Of a stretch of DNA of 64,000 bases, positions 20,051 to 30,236 are shown in pieces. Position numbers and translations under genes: made by a program. The DNA comes from Bacteroidota bacterium (GTDB lineage Bacteria > Bacteroidota > Bacteroidia > Cytophagales > Cyclobacteriaceae). The DNA lies in contig JAFDYU010000006.1 of the NCBI GenBank assembly GCA_018267285.1, forward strand, positions 14,194-78,193. Reading direction: 5' to 3'. Each line of letters opens with the position of its first letter. The first letter of the stretch is position 1. A model generated the notes under the pieces. The model worked only from the letters and a program-made list of their open reading frames with translations, searched no databases and was not told the DNA's origin.

Positions 20051-21641
20051 AATTGCCTTTTTATTGTTTGTGTTGCCATTGCCGCTGTTCGGTCAGCCGA
20101 ACCGATATTTTGTTTCATTTAAGGATAAAGCAAATACAAATTATTCACTCACGCGGCCACTCGAATTTTTGTCGCAAAAAAGCCTGGACCGAAGAGCTCG
20201 CGAATATTTTAATCTTATTGAAGAAGACCTGCCGGTTGACACATCGTATGTAAATCAACTTAAAAGAGCGGGAGCATCAACCTATTTTACTTCGCGTTGG
20301 TTTAATGGTGTGCTTGTACAAGCAGATTCTACGGTGATGAGCACTATTCAAAACCTTCCTTTTGTATCCAAAACAGAATTAGTTGCACCGGGAACAAAAT
20401 TGATGGGAGGTAGAAAAACGGTAACGAATAAATTCGAGAGGACAAACACCTCAACTACAATTATAGATAAAGTTCAGCTCCAAATGATCGGCCTTAATCA
20501 AATACATGCTGCCGGTTACCACGGTGAAGGAATTGATATTGCGGTATTTGATGGTGGTTTTATTGGTGTATATACACTGGTTGGGTTTCAGCCCTTGTTT
20601 CAAGAGGATAGAATAAAAGAAACCTACAATTTTGTTACCAACGACAGTTATGTTTTTACTGCTCATCAACACGGCACGGAAACGCTCTCCATATTGGCCG
20701 GTACTATCGACAACACGTATTCGGGGGCCGCGTACGCTGCAAATTACTTTCTGTACATAACCGAAGATGTTTCGAGCGAATACCGCATTGAAGAATACAA
20801 CTGGCTTTTTGCTGCCGAACGTGCCGATAGTGCCGGGATAGATGTAATCAGTTCGTCCGTAGGCTATAATGAGTTTGACGATGCAAAAATGAATTACACC
20901 TATGCCGATATGAACGGAAGCACAACGGTAATATCTCGCGCAGCACGTAAAGCTTTTTTGCGTGGTATTTCAGTTGTAAATTCTGCAGGCAACGAGGGGG
21001 CTTTGTCTTGGCGCCACATTTTAGCACCTGCCGATGCCGATGGTGTGATAGCCGTGGGTGCAACCGATTCGCTGGGCTTGGTTGCAGCGTTTAGCTCTAT
21101 AGGCCCGAGTGCCGATGGCCGCATTAAACCCGATGTGTCTGCACTGGGTGTAAACAGTGTTGTCTTTACGCCAACTCAATGTTGTGTAACAGGTAACGGC
21201 ACATCGTTTTCTTGCCCATTGGTAGCGGGGCTTGTGGCCGATTTGCATCAGATGTTTCCACAAGAGTCGGCAAACGATATTCGCAACCGCCTGATTTTGA
21301 TGAGTACACAACGATTACAACCCGATAACAGGATTGGCTATGGGATACCTGTTTTTAGATTTACAGATACAAATGAAGACAATAATTTAAGTTTTGATAT
21401 TTTTCCAAACCCTCTGAAAGAGGATAAATTGAATATTTCATTAAAAACAAAGCAAGAAATATCTGTTGACATTACTGTTGTGAACACCTTAGGGCAAAAA
21501 ATTGCAGAGCAACAGATTGCAATATCTAACGAACAAAATAGTATTTCACTGGATGCTGCTGCCTGGCAATCGGGAATTTACTTTGTCCGGATCACCACTT
21601 CTAAAGGGAAGGCAATCAAAAAGGTGGTTAAGCTATATTAA
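20043..21641 (+). CDS. S8-family subtilisin-like serine protease with T9SS C-terminal sorting domain
   Basis: Signal peptide and catalytic triad contexts (IAVFDGGF, HGTETLS, GTSFSCPLVAG). The C-terminal roughly 80 aa (FDIFPNP…GIYFVRITTSKG…KVVKLY) is a type-A Por/T9SS sorting domain. Confidence 0.85.
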   Translation: MNKIAFLLFVLPLPLFGQPNRYFVSFKDKANTNYSLTRPLEFLSQKSLDRRAREYFNLIEEDLPVDTSYVNQLKRAGASTYFTSRWFNGVLVQADSTVMSTIQNLPFVSKTELVAPGTKLMGGRKTVTNKFERTNTSTTIIDKVQLQMIGLNQIHAAGYHGEGIDIAVFDGGFIGVYTLVGFQPLFQEDRIKETYNFVTNDSYVFTAHQHGTETLSILAGTIDNTYSGAAYAANYFLYITEDVSSEYRIEEYNWLFAAERADSAGIDVISSSVGYNEFDDAKMNYTYADMNGSTTVISRAARKAFLRGISVVNSAGNEGALSWRHILAPADADGVIAVGATDSLGLVAAFSSIGPSADGRIKPDVSALGVNSVVFTPTQCCVTGNGTSFSCPLVAGLVADLHQMFPQESANDIRNRLILMSTQRLQPDNRIGYGIPVFRFTDTNEDNNLSFDIFPNPLKEDKLNISLKTKQEISVDITVVNTLGQKIAEQQIAISNEQNSISLDAAAWQSGIYFVRITTSKGKAIKKVVKLY

Positions 21642-21712
21642 GCCATGGATTTCAAAATTTTATATGTCTGCTAATATTTCCTAATTTTCGCGATTATTCT
21701 ATTAATTTATTC

Positions 21713-22498
21713 ATGCACAAACCCACCCTCTTGCTATTATTGGCTGCTTTAGCATGCTCCTGTGTGCCTAACCGAAAGGTTTTGTATTTGCAAAAAAATG
21801 ATTTGGTTAAGCACCGGGCCGATACATCTATTGCACGGGCATACACATTGAAGGGCTTTGACTATAAAATTCAGACCAACGATATTATTTCGGTTCGTTA
21901 CCAAAGCCTTACACAAAAAGAGTTCGACTTTTTAGGTTCACAAAATCAAACCAACATAGGAAACTCTATGTACATTGGTGGCGCGCTGTTGTACGGTGAC
22001 CTGGTTGACGAAAAAGGCGAGATTCCGATGCCGGTGGTTGGTAAAGTAAAAGTAGCAGGCCTCACAATCTATCAAATACAAGACACACTTCAGGCGTTGG
22101 CAAATAAATATTTGGAAGCTCCTGTGGTTAAGGCGCGGTTGCTCAACTACCGGGCGGTTATTTTGGGCGAAGTAAAAAAAGAAGGAGACATTACCTTTAA
22201 CAATAATCGCGTAAGCCTGATGGAAGCCATTGGCATGGCGGGTGGGTTGGGAGAATTGGCCGATCGATCCAATATAAAAATCATTCGCCAACAGAACTCC
22301 AAGGTTGAAGTGCACTACGTGAATGTTCTGGAAGAAGACTTTCTTAATTCTCCTTTTTATTATGTCCATCAGAACGATCTCATCATTGTGCCTCCACTTC
22401 GTCAGCGCCCTTACCGCTTGTATTTCGGTCAGAACGTGTCGTTGATTCTTTCGTCCGTATCAATCCTTCTCCTCTTAATCACCCTAAATAAAAAATGA
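21713..22498 (+). CDS. wza: Polysaccharide export outer-membrane lipoprotein (Wza/BexD family)
   Basis: Lipobox LAALACSC. Poly_export-type motif YKIQTNDIISV…GEIPMPVVGKVKVAGLT…, followed by a SLBB-like region. Confidence 0.8.
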   Translation: MHKPTLLLLLAALACSCVPNRKVLYLQKNDLVKHRADTSIARAYTLKGFDYKIQTNDIISVRYQSLTQKEFDFLGSQNQTNIGNSMYIGGALLYGDLVDEKGEIPMPVVGKVKVAGLTIYQIQDTLQALANKYLEAPVVKARLLNYRAVILGEVKKEGDITFNNNRVSLMEAIGMAGGLGELADRSNIKIIRQQNSKVEVHYVNVLEEDFLNSPFYYVHQNDLIIVPPLRQRPYRLYFGQNVSLILSSVSILLLLITLNKK

Positions 22499-22499
22499 T

Positions 22500-24854
22500 A
22501 TGGGAATGCAAGGGATGGATTCATTTTCTCAGGAACCGCACAATCAAGGATTTAAAATTGATTTTAAACGCGTTGCCGATCGGTCGTTAAGGTATTGGTA
22601 TGTAGTAGTTTTGTCATTAGTTATTTCGCTCACCATTGCCTACCTGCGAAACCGCTATGCCGTACGCATATACCCGATTACGGCCTCCGTTATCATCAAA
22701 GAAAAAGAAGAAACCAGCGGGGCAGAACTCTTATATAATAACGCACTGATCAATCCCTACCGAAATTACTTAAACGAACCCTATATTATTCGGTCGTATC
22801 CAATCATTCAACAGGTGGTTGAGGACTTGAATTTTGAAGTTGTTTTTTTTAAAGAAGGAAATATTAAAACAACGGAATCGTACGGCCTTCCGGTAAAGGT
22901 AAAATTGCTCAAGCGAAACGGATCGTACAACGCTTCGCTAAATTTTAAAGCACTTGACGAAAAGACTTATTCCATTAGCAGCAATGACCCCGGAGAAAAA
23001 CATGCAGAACAGATTTTTAAATTCAATGATAGCGTGGTTTACAACGGCCATCATTTTTTAATAAAGAACGACCTGGATCGCATCAATCAAATTAAAAATG
23101 ATCCATACATACTTACTTTTTTAGATCCCTTAAGTGTAACGGGAGGCTACGTAAATGCGCTTAAAGTGGAGTGGGCAGAAGAAGGTGCCGGTGTAATTAA
23201 TTTGGCCATTAATGGAGCAAATACAAATAAAGAGATTGACTTTTTGAATAGCTTGATTCTGACCTATCAGAAACACGATCTTGAAAAGAAAAACCAAGCA
23301 GCCGAACGAACCATACAATTCATAAAAGGCCAGTTGTCGGAAATTACGGATTCGCTGAAAAATTTTGAATTTAAACTCCAGCAATTTAAGATGGTCAACT
23401 CGGTGGATAAGCTGGACGAAGACACAAAACGAATTTTTGAAAAATTAACTCCGCTCGAAGCCCAGCAAATTGAATTGACCATCCGATCTAACTATTACGA
23501 TTATCTTACAAAATATATTAAAGAAGGGAAGAATCTGGATTTAGTGATACTGCCCTCAGCCATGGGCATTGATGATCAGGTACTCACCAACATGATCAAT
23601 AAAATGGTTGAATTACAACTCGAAATAAAATTATTTATCAGTAAAAATTTGCAGGAAAATCCGGCCGTGCAATCTGCAATGAGAAAGGTGAATGAGTTAA
23701 AAGATAATTTACAGGAGTCGGTGAGTGCACTGCGAAAGACGGATAAAATAAAAGGCGATCTTATTTTAAAACAAATTGGTGATTTGCAAAAACAGATTGA
23801 CCAACTACCCCTGCAACAACGGCAATTTGTTTCCATACAACGAAACTATTCGTTGTTAGAGGGGCTTTATGTATTTCTGATGCAGAAAATGTCTGAAGCG
23901 GCCATATCAAGAGCGTCTAACGTATCGGATATTGAAGTGGTTAATCCGCCTATGCAAGGAGATGCCATTACACCCAACACACGACAGAATTATACAATTG
24001 GCTTTTTGCTTGGGCTTTTCATCCCTCTTGGAATTTTTGTGTTGCTCGAAGTTGTAAATCAAAAAATTCAATCGAAAGAAGACATCGACAAATTTTCTGA
24101 CTTACCTTTTTCGGGTGGTATCGGGCACAGCGATTTGGTTGATAATATGGCAATCACCGCAAACCCAAAATCTGCAGTTGCCGAGTCATTCCGAGCCATC
24201 CGGTCGAACCTCAATTATTTTACAGGCAATGTGTTGAAGAAAGTTTTCATGGTGAGTAGTTCGATCAGCGGTGAGGGGAAAACGTTTACTACGATCAATC
24301 TTGCTACTGTCTTTGCGATGTCCGGTAGGAAGACGCTCATTATCGGTGCGGATATGCGAAAACCAAAAATTTATTCAGACTTTAATCTGGATAACCGGGT
24401 AGGGTTGAGCGGATATCTGAGCCGATTAAACACCCTGCAAGAAGTAATACAAAACACAACGGTCGAAAATCTGGATTTGATTAGCGGTGGCCCTGTTCCA
24501 CCTAACCCCGCGGAATTACTTTTAACAGATCGGTTCGGTGAATTGATTCAGGATGCTCTGAAGTTGTACGATTATATAATTATTGACACGCCTCCGTTAT
24601 TGCTGGTTACCGATGCCTTTGTGCTTTCAAAATATGCCGATCATACTGTGTTTGTAGTTCGCCAAAATTATACGCCAAAAACTTTCCTTCGGAACATCAG
24701 CGATTTTTACAACACGGGTAAACTAAAAAACATAAGCCTGATATTGAACGACATCTATAAATCCGGCTTCGGTTATGGATATGGATATGGCTATGGATAC
24801 AGCTATGCCTACGGCTACGGGAAAAAGAAAAATGGGGACGGGTACTACTCTTAG
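22500..24854 (+). CDS. wzc: Polysaccharide co-polymerase / BY-kinase (Wzc, GumC family)
   Basis: 784 aa. Wzz-like N-terminal domain with two TM helices and a coiled-coil periplasmic region. Walker A SSISGEGKTFTT, IIIDTPP, and a C-terminal Tyr cluster. Confidence 0.85.
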   Translation: MGMQGMDSFSQEPHNQGFKIDFKRVADRSLRYWYVVVLSLVISLTIAYLRNRYAVRIYPITASVIIKEKEETSGAELLYNNALINPYRNYLNEPYIIRSYPIIQQVVEDLNFEVVFFKEGNIKTTESYGLPVKVKLLKRNGSYNASLNFKALDEKTYSISSNDPGEKHAEQIFKFNDSVVYNGHHFLIKNDLDRINQIKNDPYILTFLDPLSVTGGYVNALKVEWAEEGAGVINLAINGANTNKEIDFLNSLILTYQKHDLEKKNQAAERTIQFIKGQLSEITDSLKNFEFKLQQFKMVNSVDKLDEDTKRIFEKLTPLEAQQIELTIRSNYYDYLTKYIKEGKNLDLVILPSAMGIDDQVLTNMINKMVELQLEIKLFISKNLQENPAVQSAMRKVNELKDNLQESVSALRKTDKIKGDLILKQIGDLQKQIDQLPLQQRQFVSIQRNYSLLEGLYVFLMQKMSEAAISRASNVSDIEVVNPPMQGDAITPNTRQNYTIGFLLGLFIPLGIFVLLEVVNQKIQSKEDIDKFSDLPFSGGIGHSDLVDNMAITANPKSAVAESFRAIRSNLNYFTGNVLKKVFMVSSSISGEGKTFTTINLATVFAMSGRKTLIIGADMRKPKIYSDFNLDNRVGLSGYLSRLNTLQEVIQNTTVENLDLISGGPVPPNPAELLLTDRFGELIQDALKLYDYIIIDTPPLLLVTDAFVLSKYADHTVFVVRQNYTPKTFLRNISDFYNTGKLKNISLILNDIYKSGFGYGYGYGYGYSYAYGYGKKKNGDGYYS
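24771..24821 (+). repeat. (GGN-TAY)n hexanucleotide repeat encoding the GYGYGYGYGYGYSYAYGYG tyrosine cluster of Wzc
   Basis: Direct reading: ggt tat gga tat gga tat ggc tat gga tac agc tat gcc tac ggc tac ggg. Confidence 0.9.
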
Positions 24855-24860
24855 AAGTGC

Positions 24861-25799
24861 GTGAAGAAATCATCTAAAATATATGTTGCAGGCCATCGGG
24901 GAATGGTAGGCTCTTCTATTATTAGAGAACTGAAAAAACAAGGCTACTCATCTGTTATTGGAAGAACCTCATCCGAACTGGATTTGCGCAATCAAAAAGA
25001 GGTTCAGTTATTTTTCGAACAAGAAAAACCGGAATATGTTTTCTTGGCAGCTGCTAAAGTGGGTGGCATACTGGCCAACAGTTTGTATAAAGCTGAATTC
25101 ATCTACGATAATCTGATGATGGAAGCAAATGTTATTAAAGCTGCCCATGATACAGGCACAACTAAACTCATGTTGCTTGGGTCTTCGTGCATTTATCCAA
25201 AGTTTGCAGAGCAACCCATCAAGGAAGGGTCTTTACTCACCGGAATCCTTGAAGAAACCAACGATGCGTATGCTGTAGCAAAAATTGCCGGTATAAAAAT
25301 GTGCCAGTCGTTTCGCCAGCAATACGGAGATAATTTTATTAGTGTGATGCCCTCTAACTTGTATGGGTATGGCGACAATTATCACCCGCAAAATTCGCAT
25401 GTGCTTCCGGCATTGATTCGAAGATTTCACGAAGCGAAAATAAACAATCAACCATCGGTTACGCTGTGGGGCACCGGCAAGCCCTTGCGCGAATTTCTTT
25501 TTGCAGATGATCTGGCCGAGGCCTGTGTTTTTTTGATGAACGAATACAATTCTCCGGAAATTATTAACGTAGGAAGTGGTGTTGAAATTTCTATTCTGGA
25601 ATTAGCTCAACTCATTGCTCAGATTGTAGGCTACCGGGGAGAAATAATAAACGATCTATCTAAACCCGATGGCACTCCAAGAAAATTGATGGATGTAAGT
25701 AGGGTACGTGCACTCGGCTGGCATCATAAAACAGACCTACACTCCGGCATTGCATTGTCGTATCAAGATTTTTTGAGCCGCAACGAAAACATAAAATGA
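24861..25799 (+). CDS. fcl: GDP-L-fucose synthase (GDP-4-keto-6-deoxymannose 3,5-epimerase/4-reductase)
   Basis: 312 aa with [12 protein letters not shown], the LGSSCIYPK motif and a YAVAK catalytic dyad. GTG start. Confidence 0.9.
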   Translation: MKKSSKIYVAGHRGMVGSSIIRELKKQGYSSVIGRTSSELDLRNQKEVQLFFEQEKPEYVFLAAAKVGGILANSLYKAEFIYDNLMMEANVIKAAHDTGTTKLMLLGSSCIYPKFAEQPIKEGSLLTGILEETNDAYAVAKIAGIKMCQSFRQQYGDNFISVMPSNLYGYGDNYHPQNSHVLPALIRRFHEAKINNQPSVTLWGTGKPLREFLFADDLAEACVFLMNEYNSPEIINVGSGVEISILELAQLIAQIVGYRGEIINDLSKPDGTPRKLMDVSRVRALGWHHKTDLHSGIALSYQDFLSRNENIK

Positions 25800-26923
25800 A
25801 AACAGCACTTATCACAGGTATTACAGGTCAAGATGGAGCTTATTTAACCGAACTGCTGCTGAGCAAAGGATATTTTGTACACGGCATTAAGCGCAGGTCG
25901 TCACTTTTTAATACAGACCGAATAGATCATCTCTACCAAGACCCACACGAAAAAAACCTTAAACTAAAATTACATTACGGTGATCTCACCGACTCAACGA
26001 ATTTGATTCGGATTATTCAAGAAACACAGCCCGATGAAATTTACAATTTGGCAGCGATGAGCCATGTGAAGGTGAGCTTCGATACACCGGAATATACGGC
26101 CAATGCAGACGGCATCGGAACGCTGCGCATACTCGAAGCCGTGAAGATGCTGGGGTTAACAAAAAAAACAAAAATATACCAGGCTTCAACTTCCGAACTC
26201 TACGGGTTAGCTCAGGCTGTTCCACAATCGGAGAAAACTCCATTTTACCCTAGGTCTCCTTATGCCGTTGCCAAATTGTATGCCTATTGGATCACCGTAA
26301 ACTATAGGGAAGCATATGGTTTGTTTGCTTCCAATGGAATTTTATTTAACCACGAGTCTCCCTTGCGTGGCGAAACATTTGTAACGCGCAAAATCACGAG
26401 GGCAGTTGCAAAAATTTCTCTCGGGCTGGAACAGAAACTTTTCATCGGTAATTTAAATGCTAAGCGCGATTGGGGTCATGCAAAAGATTTTGTAGAAGCC
26501 ATGTGGTTGATTTTGCAACATAATGAACCCGATGATTTTGTTATTGCCACCGGCAAAACAACCACCGTGCGCGATTTCGTAACGATGGCCTTTGCCGAAG
26601 TGGGGTATCAAATTCAATTTGAAGGAAAGGGCAACGAAGAAAAAGGAATTCTTGTTTCTGTAGACGAAACCAAAGTTCCTGTAGCAGGTAAAAACCCAAA
26701 ACCGGGCGATGTTTTGGTGGCCATAGACAAAGAATATTTTAGGCCCACCGAAGTAGATCTTTTGATAGGCGATGCATCAAAGGCAAAATCAAAATTAAAT
26801 TGGAACCCAAAGTACGATCTCCCAGCTCTCGTTAAGGAAATGGTTCATGCCGATGTAGAACTCTTCAAGCGCGATCTGCACCTGCTGCAGAAAGGCCACA
26901 AAATTTTGCGCCAGATAGAGTAA
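25796..26923 (+). CDS. gmd: GDP-mannose 4,6-dehydratase
   Basis: 375 aa with [33 protein letters not shown] and [12 protein letters not shown] overlap with fcl. Confidence 0.92.
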   Translation: MKTALITGITGQDGAYLTELLLSKGYFVHGIKRRSSLFNTDRIDHLYQDPHEKNLKLKLHYGDLTDSTNLIRIIQETQPDEIYNLAAMSHVKVSFDTPEYTANADGIGTLRILEAVKMLGLTKKTKIYQASTSELYGLAQAVPQSEKTPFYPRSPYAVAKLYAYWITVNYREAYGLFASNGILFNHESPLRGETFVTRKITRAVAKISLGLEQKLFIGNLNAKRDWGHAKDFVEAMWLILQHNEPDDFVIATGKTTTVRDFVTMAFAEVGYQIQFEGKGNEEKGILVSVDETKVPVAGKNPKPGDVLVAIDKEYFRPTEVDLLIGDASKAKSKLNWNPKYDLPALVKEMVHADVELFKRDLHLLQKGHKILRQIE

Positions 26924-26963
26924 GCTACTACAAAAATTTATGGTTATCAATTTGTTAAGATAA

Positions 26964-28724
26964 ATGGAACTCATTCAGGTTTACGTTTTGCTGGTGATTT
27001 GTTTCCTGATTTACGCCTTGTACAAGGAATTGTTTAATCCATCGCTGTCCTTCTTTATTGCTACCCTTGCCCTGCTGATCGTCAAAGCAATTTCTCCGGC
27101 AGATTTATTGCGAGGCCTGTCCAATCAGCAAGTAGTTATTGTATTTCTACTTGTGCTGGTAACGGCCGGCATCCGAACTATTTTTGGGGTTGAGTGGTTT
27201 GCGCGCTTATTTAGTTTCAACTTAAAGCCAAAAACTTTCTTGCTGCGGATGACGATGTTTGTATCATCCATCTCAGCGTTCTTAAACAACACGCCCATCG
27301 TTGCTTTTATGATACCGTATGTAAAAGCCTGGGCGGAGCGCACCGGCCATGCGCCATCTAAATTTTTGTTCCCGCTTTCCATGGCTACTATTCTCGGTGG
27401 CATGATCACCGTTATCGGTACATCTACCAGCCTGATCTTGGCCGGGTTGATTCAGGAATACAAACTGCCCATGCTTGTGTTTACCGATTTTCTGTATTTG
27501 GGATTGATTGTTACCGTAACAGGCTGGGCGTATCTTTATTTTTTCGGGTATAAACTTTTACCGGAAACCACCAGCCGTATTGAGGCGTTCAGGCAAAATG
27601 TAAAAGAGTATATTGTTGAAACCGAAATTTTTTCCGGTTCTATGCTCATTGGTAAAACGGTGCGAGATGCCGGGTTGAGAAACCTGAAAGATGTGTTTCT
27701 GGTTGAAATCATTCGCAGTGAAGAAATTATTTCTCCGGTTAGCCCGGAAATGAAATTAATGGAGGGCGACACACTTTTTTTTTCGGGCAATAAGCAATCC
27801 ATCTACCGACTGATAAAAGACGATAACGGCTTGCGCATTCCCAAACAAGATAAACTTGAGGTAGAAGGCCAATTTAATTTTGTGGAAGCGGTGATACCTG
27901 CCGGGTCGGAGTTGGTAGGAAGGCGCATCAAAGATTCTGATTTTAGAAGAAGGTATAACGCTTCCATCATCGCCATCCACCGCGATGGGAAACAAGTATC
28001 CGGCAAAGTAGGAGAGATGAAAATGAGCGGTGGCGATTTTTTGCTTTTGCTCACCAAAGATGAAACACTCAACCAAAGCTCGATTACCGATTTATTTTTT
28101 GTTTCCGTTCCCGATAAAATCGATTCGAAAGAAAACAAATGGATTCGTTGGTTTGGAGCAGCTTGCTTTTTGTTTTTGATTGCCGGCATCGTAGGCGTGC
28201 TTCCACTCTTTATGGTGTGCATGATACTTCTCATGGCTATGATTGCATTTAAAATTCTGGATATAACGGATATCCGCAAAGAACTTGATCTTGGCTTGTT
28301 GTTGATCATGGTGTCTGCGTTGGCCATCGGTGTGGCACTCGACAAGACCGGCACTGCGCCCATGCTTGCCCATGGAATAATCAAGGTTGGTAATTCACTG
28401 GGGCCAGTTGGTGTTATATCGTTATTTTTTATTGTAACAACGTTGATAACCTCATTGGTAACCAATGCAGCTGTGGTGGCAGTTATGTTTCCAATCGCTA
28501 TGTCTATTGCCGATCAAATGCACCTGTCGTACACTCCTTTTTTTGTTGCGTTAGCATTTTCGGCATCGGGAGATTTTATGACACCCATCGGGTACCAAAC
28601 CAACCTGATGATTTATGGGCCTGGTGGTTATCGTTTTAAAGATTTTGTAAGGGTAGGTGTTCCATTTACCGTGCTCTACACCGTTATTTGCATCGTATTT
28701 ATTGCTTACTACTATCATTTGTAA
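26964..28724 (+). CDS. SLC13/DASS-superfamily anion permease with two central TrkA-C (RCK_C) domains, probable sulfate transporter
   Basis: 586 aa with TM blocks at both ends. Two cytoplasmic TrkA_C-like repeats (…GKTVRDAGLRNLKDVFLVEIIR… and …GRRIKDSDFRRRYNASIIAIHRDG…). Immediately upstream of cysC-cysD-cysN. Confidence 0.7.
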   Translation: MELIQVYVLLVICFLIYALYKELFNPSLSFFIATLALLIVKAISPADLLRGLSNQQVVIVFLLVLVTAGIRTIFGVEWFARLFSFNLKPKTFLLRMTMFVSSISAFLNNTPIVAFMIPYVKAWAERTGHAPSKFLFPLSMATILGGMITVIGTSTSLILAGLIQEYKLPMLVFTDFLYLGLIVTVTGWAYLYFFGYKLLPETTSRIEAFRQNVKEYIVETEIFSGSMLIGKTVRDAGLRNLKDVFLVEIIRSEEIISPVSPEMKLMEGDTLFFSGNKQSIYRLIKDDNGLRIPKQDKLEVEGQFNFVEAVIPAGSELVGRRIKDSDFRRRYNASIIAIHRDGKQVSGKVGEMKMSGGDFLLLLTKDETLNQSSITDLFFVSVPDKIDSKENKWIRWFGAACFLFLIAGIVGVLPLFMVCMILLMAMIAFKILDITDIRKELDLGLLLIMVSALAIGVALDKTGTAPMLAHGIIKVGNSLGPVGVISLFFIVTTLITSLVTNAAVVAVMFPIAMSIADQMHLSYTPFFVALAFSASGDFMTPIGYQTNLMIYGPGGYRFKDFVRVGVPFTVLYTVICIVFIAYYYHL

Positions 28725-29323
28725 TGTCGCAACCCAAAGAATTATATCCTGTACGATCGAAAGTCATGTATAAAGACCGGGTTGAGGCAATGGGGCAAAT
28801 TCCGCTGCTGATCTGGTTTACAGGCTTGTCGGGGTCAGGCAAATCAACGCTGGCAATTCAGTTGGAATCTTTGCTTTTTAAAAAAGGCTATAAAACGTAT
28901 TTGCTCGAAGGAGATACCATCCGCACCGGGTTGAACAGCGATCTGAGTTTTTCGGAAGAAGGAAGAAATGAAAACATGAGGCGCATAGCCGAAGTTGCCA
29001 AGCTGATGGTTGATGCGGGCATGGTAGTGTTGGCGGCATTTGTTTCGCCCTGGAAAAAAAACCGCGACTTGGTAAAAAAAATTGTTGGAGCAGACAGGTA
29101 TTTTGAGGTTTTTGTGGATGCACCTCTCGAAGTATGCGAGCAGCGCGATGTAAAAGGACTTTACAAGAAAGCACGTACAGGCGAGCTAAAAGATTTTACG
29201 GGGATAAGCTCTCCCTACGAAAGACCTGAACACCCAAATGTTGCAGTGCAAACCGATAAGATAAATCAAGAAGAGGCTATTAATTTACTATTGAAAAAAG
29301 TTGAAGACCGGATTAAACCATGA
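28724..29323 (+). CDS. cysC: Adenylyl-sulfate (APS) kinase
   Basis: P-loop WFTGLSGSGKST, LLEGDTIRTGLN and FVSPW. The ATG at 28724 overlaps the permease stop (TAATG). Confidence 0.9.
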   Translation: MSQPKELYPVRSKVMYKDRVEAMGQIPLLIWFTGLSGSGKSTLAIQLESLLFKKGYKTYLLEGDTIRTGLNSDLSFSEEGRNENMRRIAEVAKLMVDAGMVVLAAFVSPWKKNRDLVKKIVGADRYFEVFVDAPLEVCEQRDVKGLYKKARTGELKDFTGISSPYERPEHPNVAVQTDKINQEEAINLLLKKVEDRIKP

Positions 29324-30225
29324 ACCAGTATTATTTAAGTCATTTAAAAGAGTTGGAGTCGGAAGCGATTTTTGTGATCCGCGAAGTGGCTGCACAATTC
29401 GAGCGGCCCGCATTGCTTTTTTCCGGAGGAAAAGACTCGATCGTTCTATCGTATTTGTCGAAAAAAGCTTTTTACCCGGCACGGATTCCTTTTCCATTGA
29501 TACACATAGACACGGGGCACAACTTTCCAGAAACGATGGAGTACCGCGATTGGTTGGTGAAAGAGCTTGGTGTAAACCTAATTGTTGGGTCGGTGCAAGA
29601 GAGCATCGACAAAGGAAGGGTAAAAGAAGAGACCGGTATAAATGCAAGCCGTAATGCGTTGCAAACCGTAACGTTATTAGATACCATCGAAGCCCATAAA
29701 ATTGATGCAGCTATTGGTGGTGCACGCAGAGACGAAGAAAAAGCACGGGCCAAGGAACGATTTTTCTCGCACCGTGATGAGTTCGGACAGTGGGATCCCA
29801 AAAATCAGAGACCGGAGCTATGGAATTTATTTAACGGACGCAAACAAATAGGTGAGCATTTCCGGGTCTTCCCGATTTCGAATTGGACAGAGATGGACGT
29901 GTGGCAATATCTTTTTACCGAAAAGATTGCAATACCCCGGCTTTATTTTGCCCACGATCGAGAAGTGATTGTGCGCGATGGCGCCATTCTCTCCACATCG
30001 CCCTGGTTAACGTTACGCACCGGAGAAACACCGGCAATTAAACGCGTGCGCTTCAGAACCTGCGGAGACATGCCCATTACCGGAGCGGTGGAGTCGGAGG
30101 CAGATACCATGGAAAAAATTATTGCAGAAGTTGCGGCATCGCGAAAAACCGAGCGCGGCACACGGGCTGACGACAAGCGATCGGAAACCGCCATGGAAGA
30201 CCGGAAAAAATCAGGATACTTTTAA
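29320..30225 (+). CDS. cysD: Sulfate adenylyltransferase subunit 2
   Basis: 301 aa with HLKELESEAIFVIREV, PP-loop LFSGGKDS and RFFSHRDEFGQWDPKNQRPELW. Confidence 0.92.
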   Translation: MNQYYLSHLKELESEAIFVIREVAAQFERPALLFSGGKDSIVLSYLSKKAFYPARIPFPLIHIDTGHNFPETMEYRDWLVKELGVNLIVGSVQESIDKGRVKEETGINASRNALQTVTLLDTIEAHKIDAAIGGARRDEEKARAKERFFSHRDEFGQWDPKNQRPELWNLFNGRKQIGEHFRVFPISNWTEMDVWQYLFTEKIAIPRLYFAHDREVIVRDGAILSTSPWLTLRTGETPAIKRVRFRTCGDMPITGAVESEADTMEKIIAEVAASRKTERGTRADDKRSETAMEDRKKSGYF

Positions 30226-30236
30226 TACGATAACCA

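Noticed and set aside
27803-28465. 220-aa minus-strand ORF, plus several other 60-180-aa antisense ORFs (for example 14857-15324, 17826-18350, 39524-40078, 53830-54258, 55200-55667, 29288-29647)
   Set aside because: Each lies entirely inside a long, well-supported gene with clear family motifs on the other strand. None shows a recognisable domain or sensible composition. They are treated as shadow ORFs.
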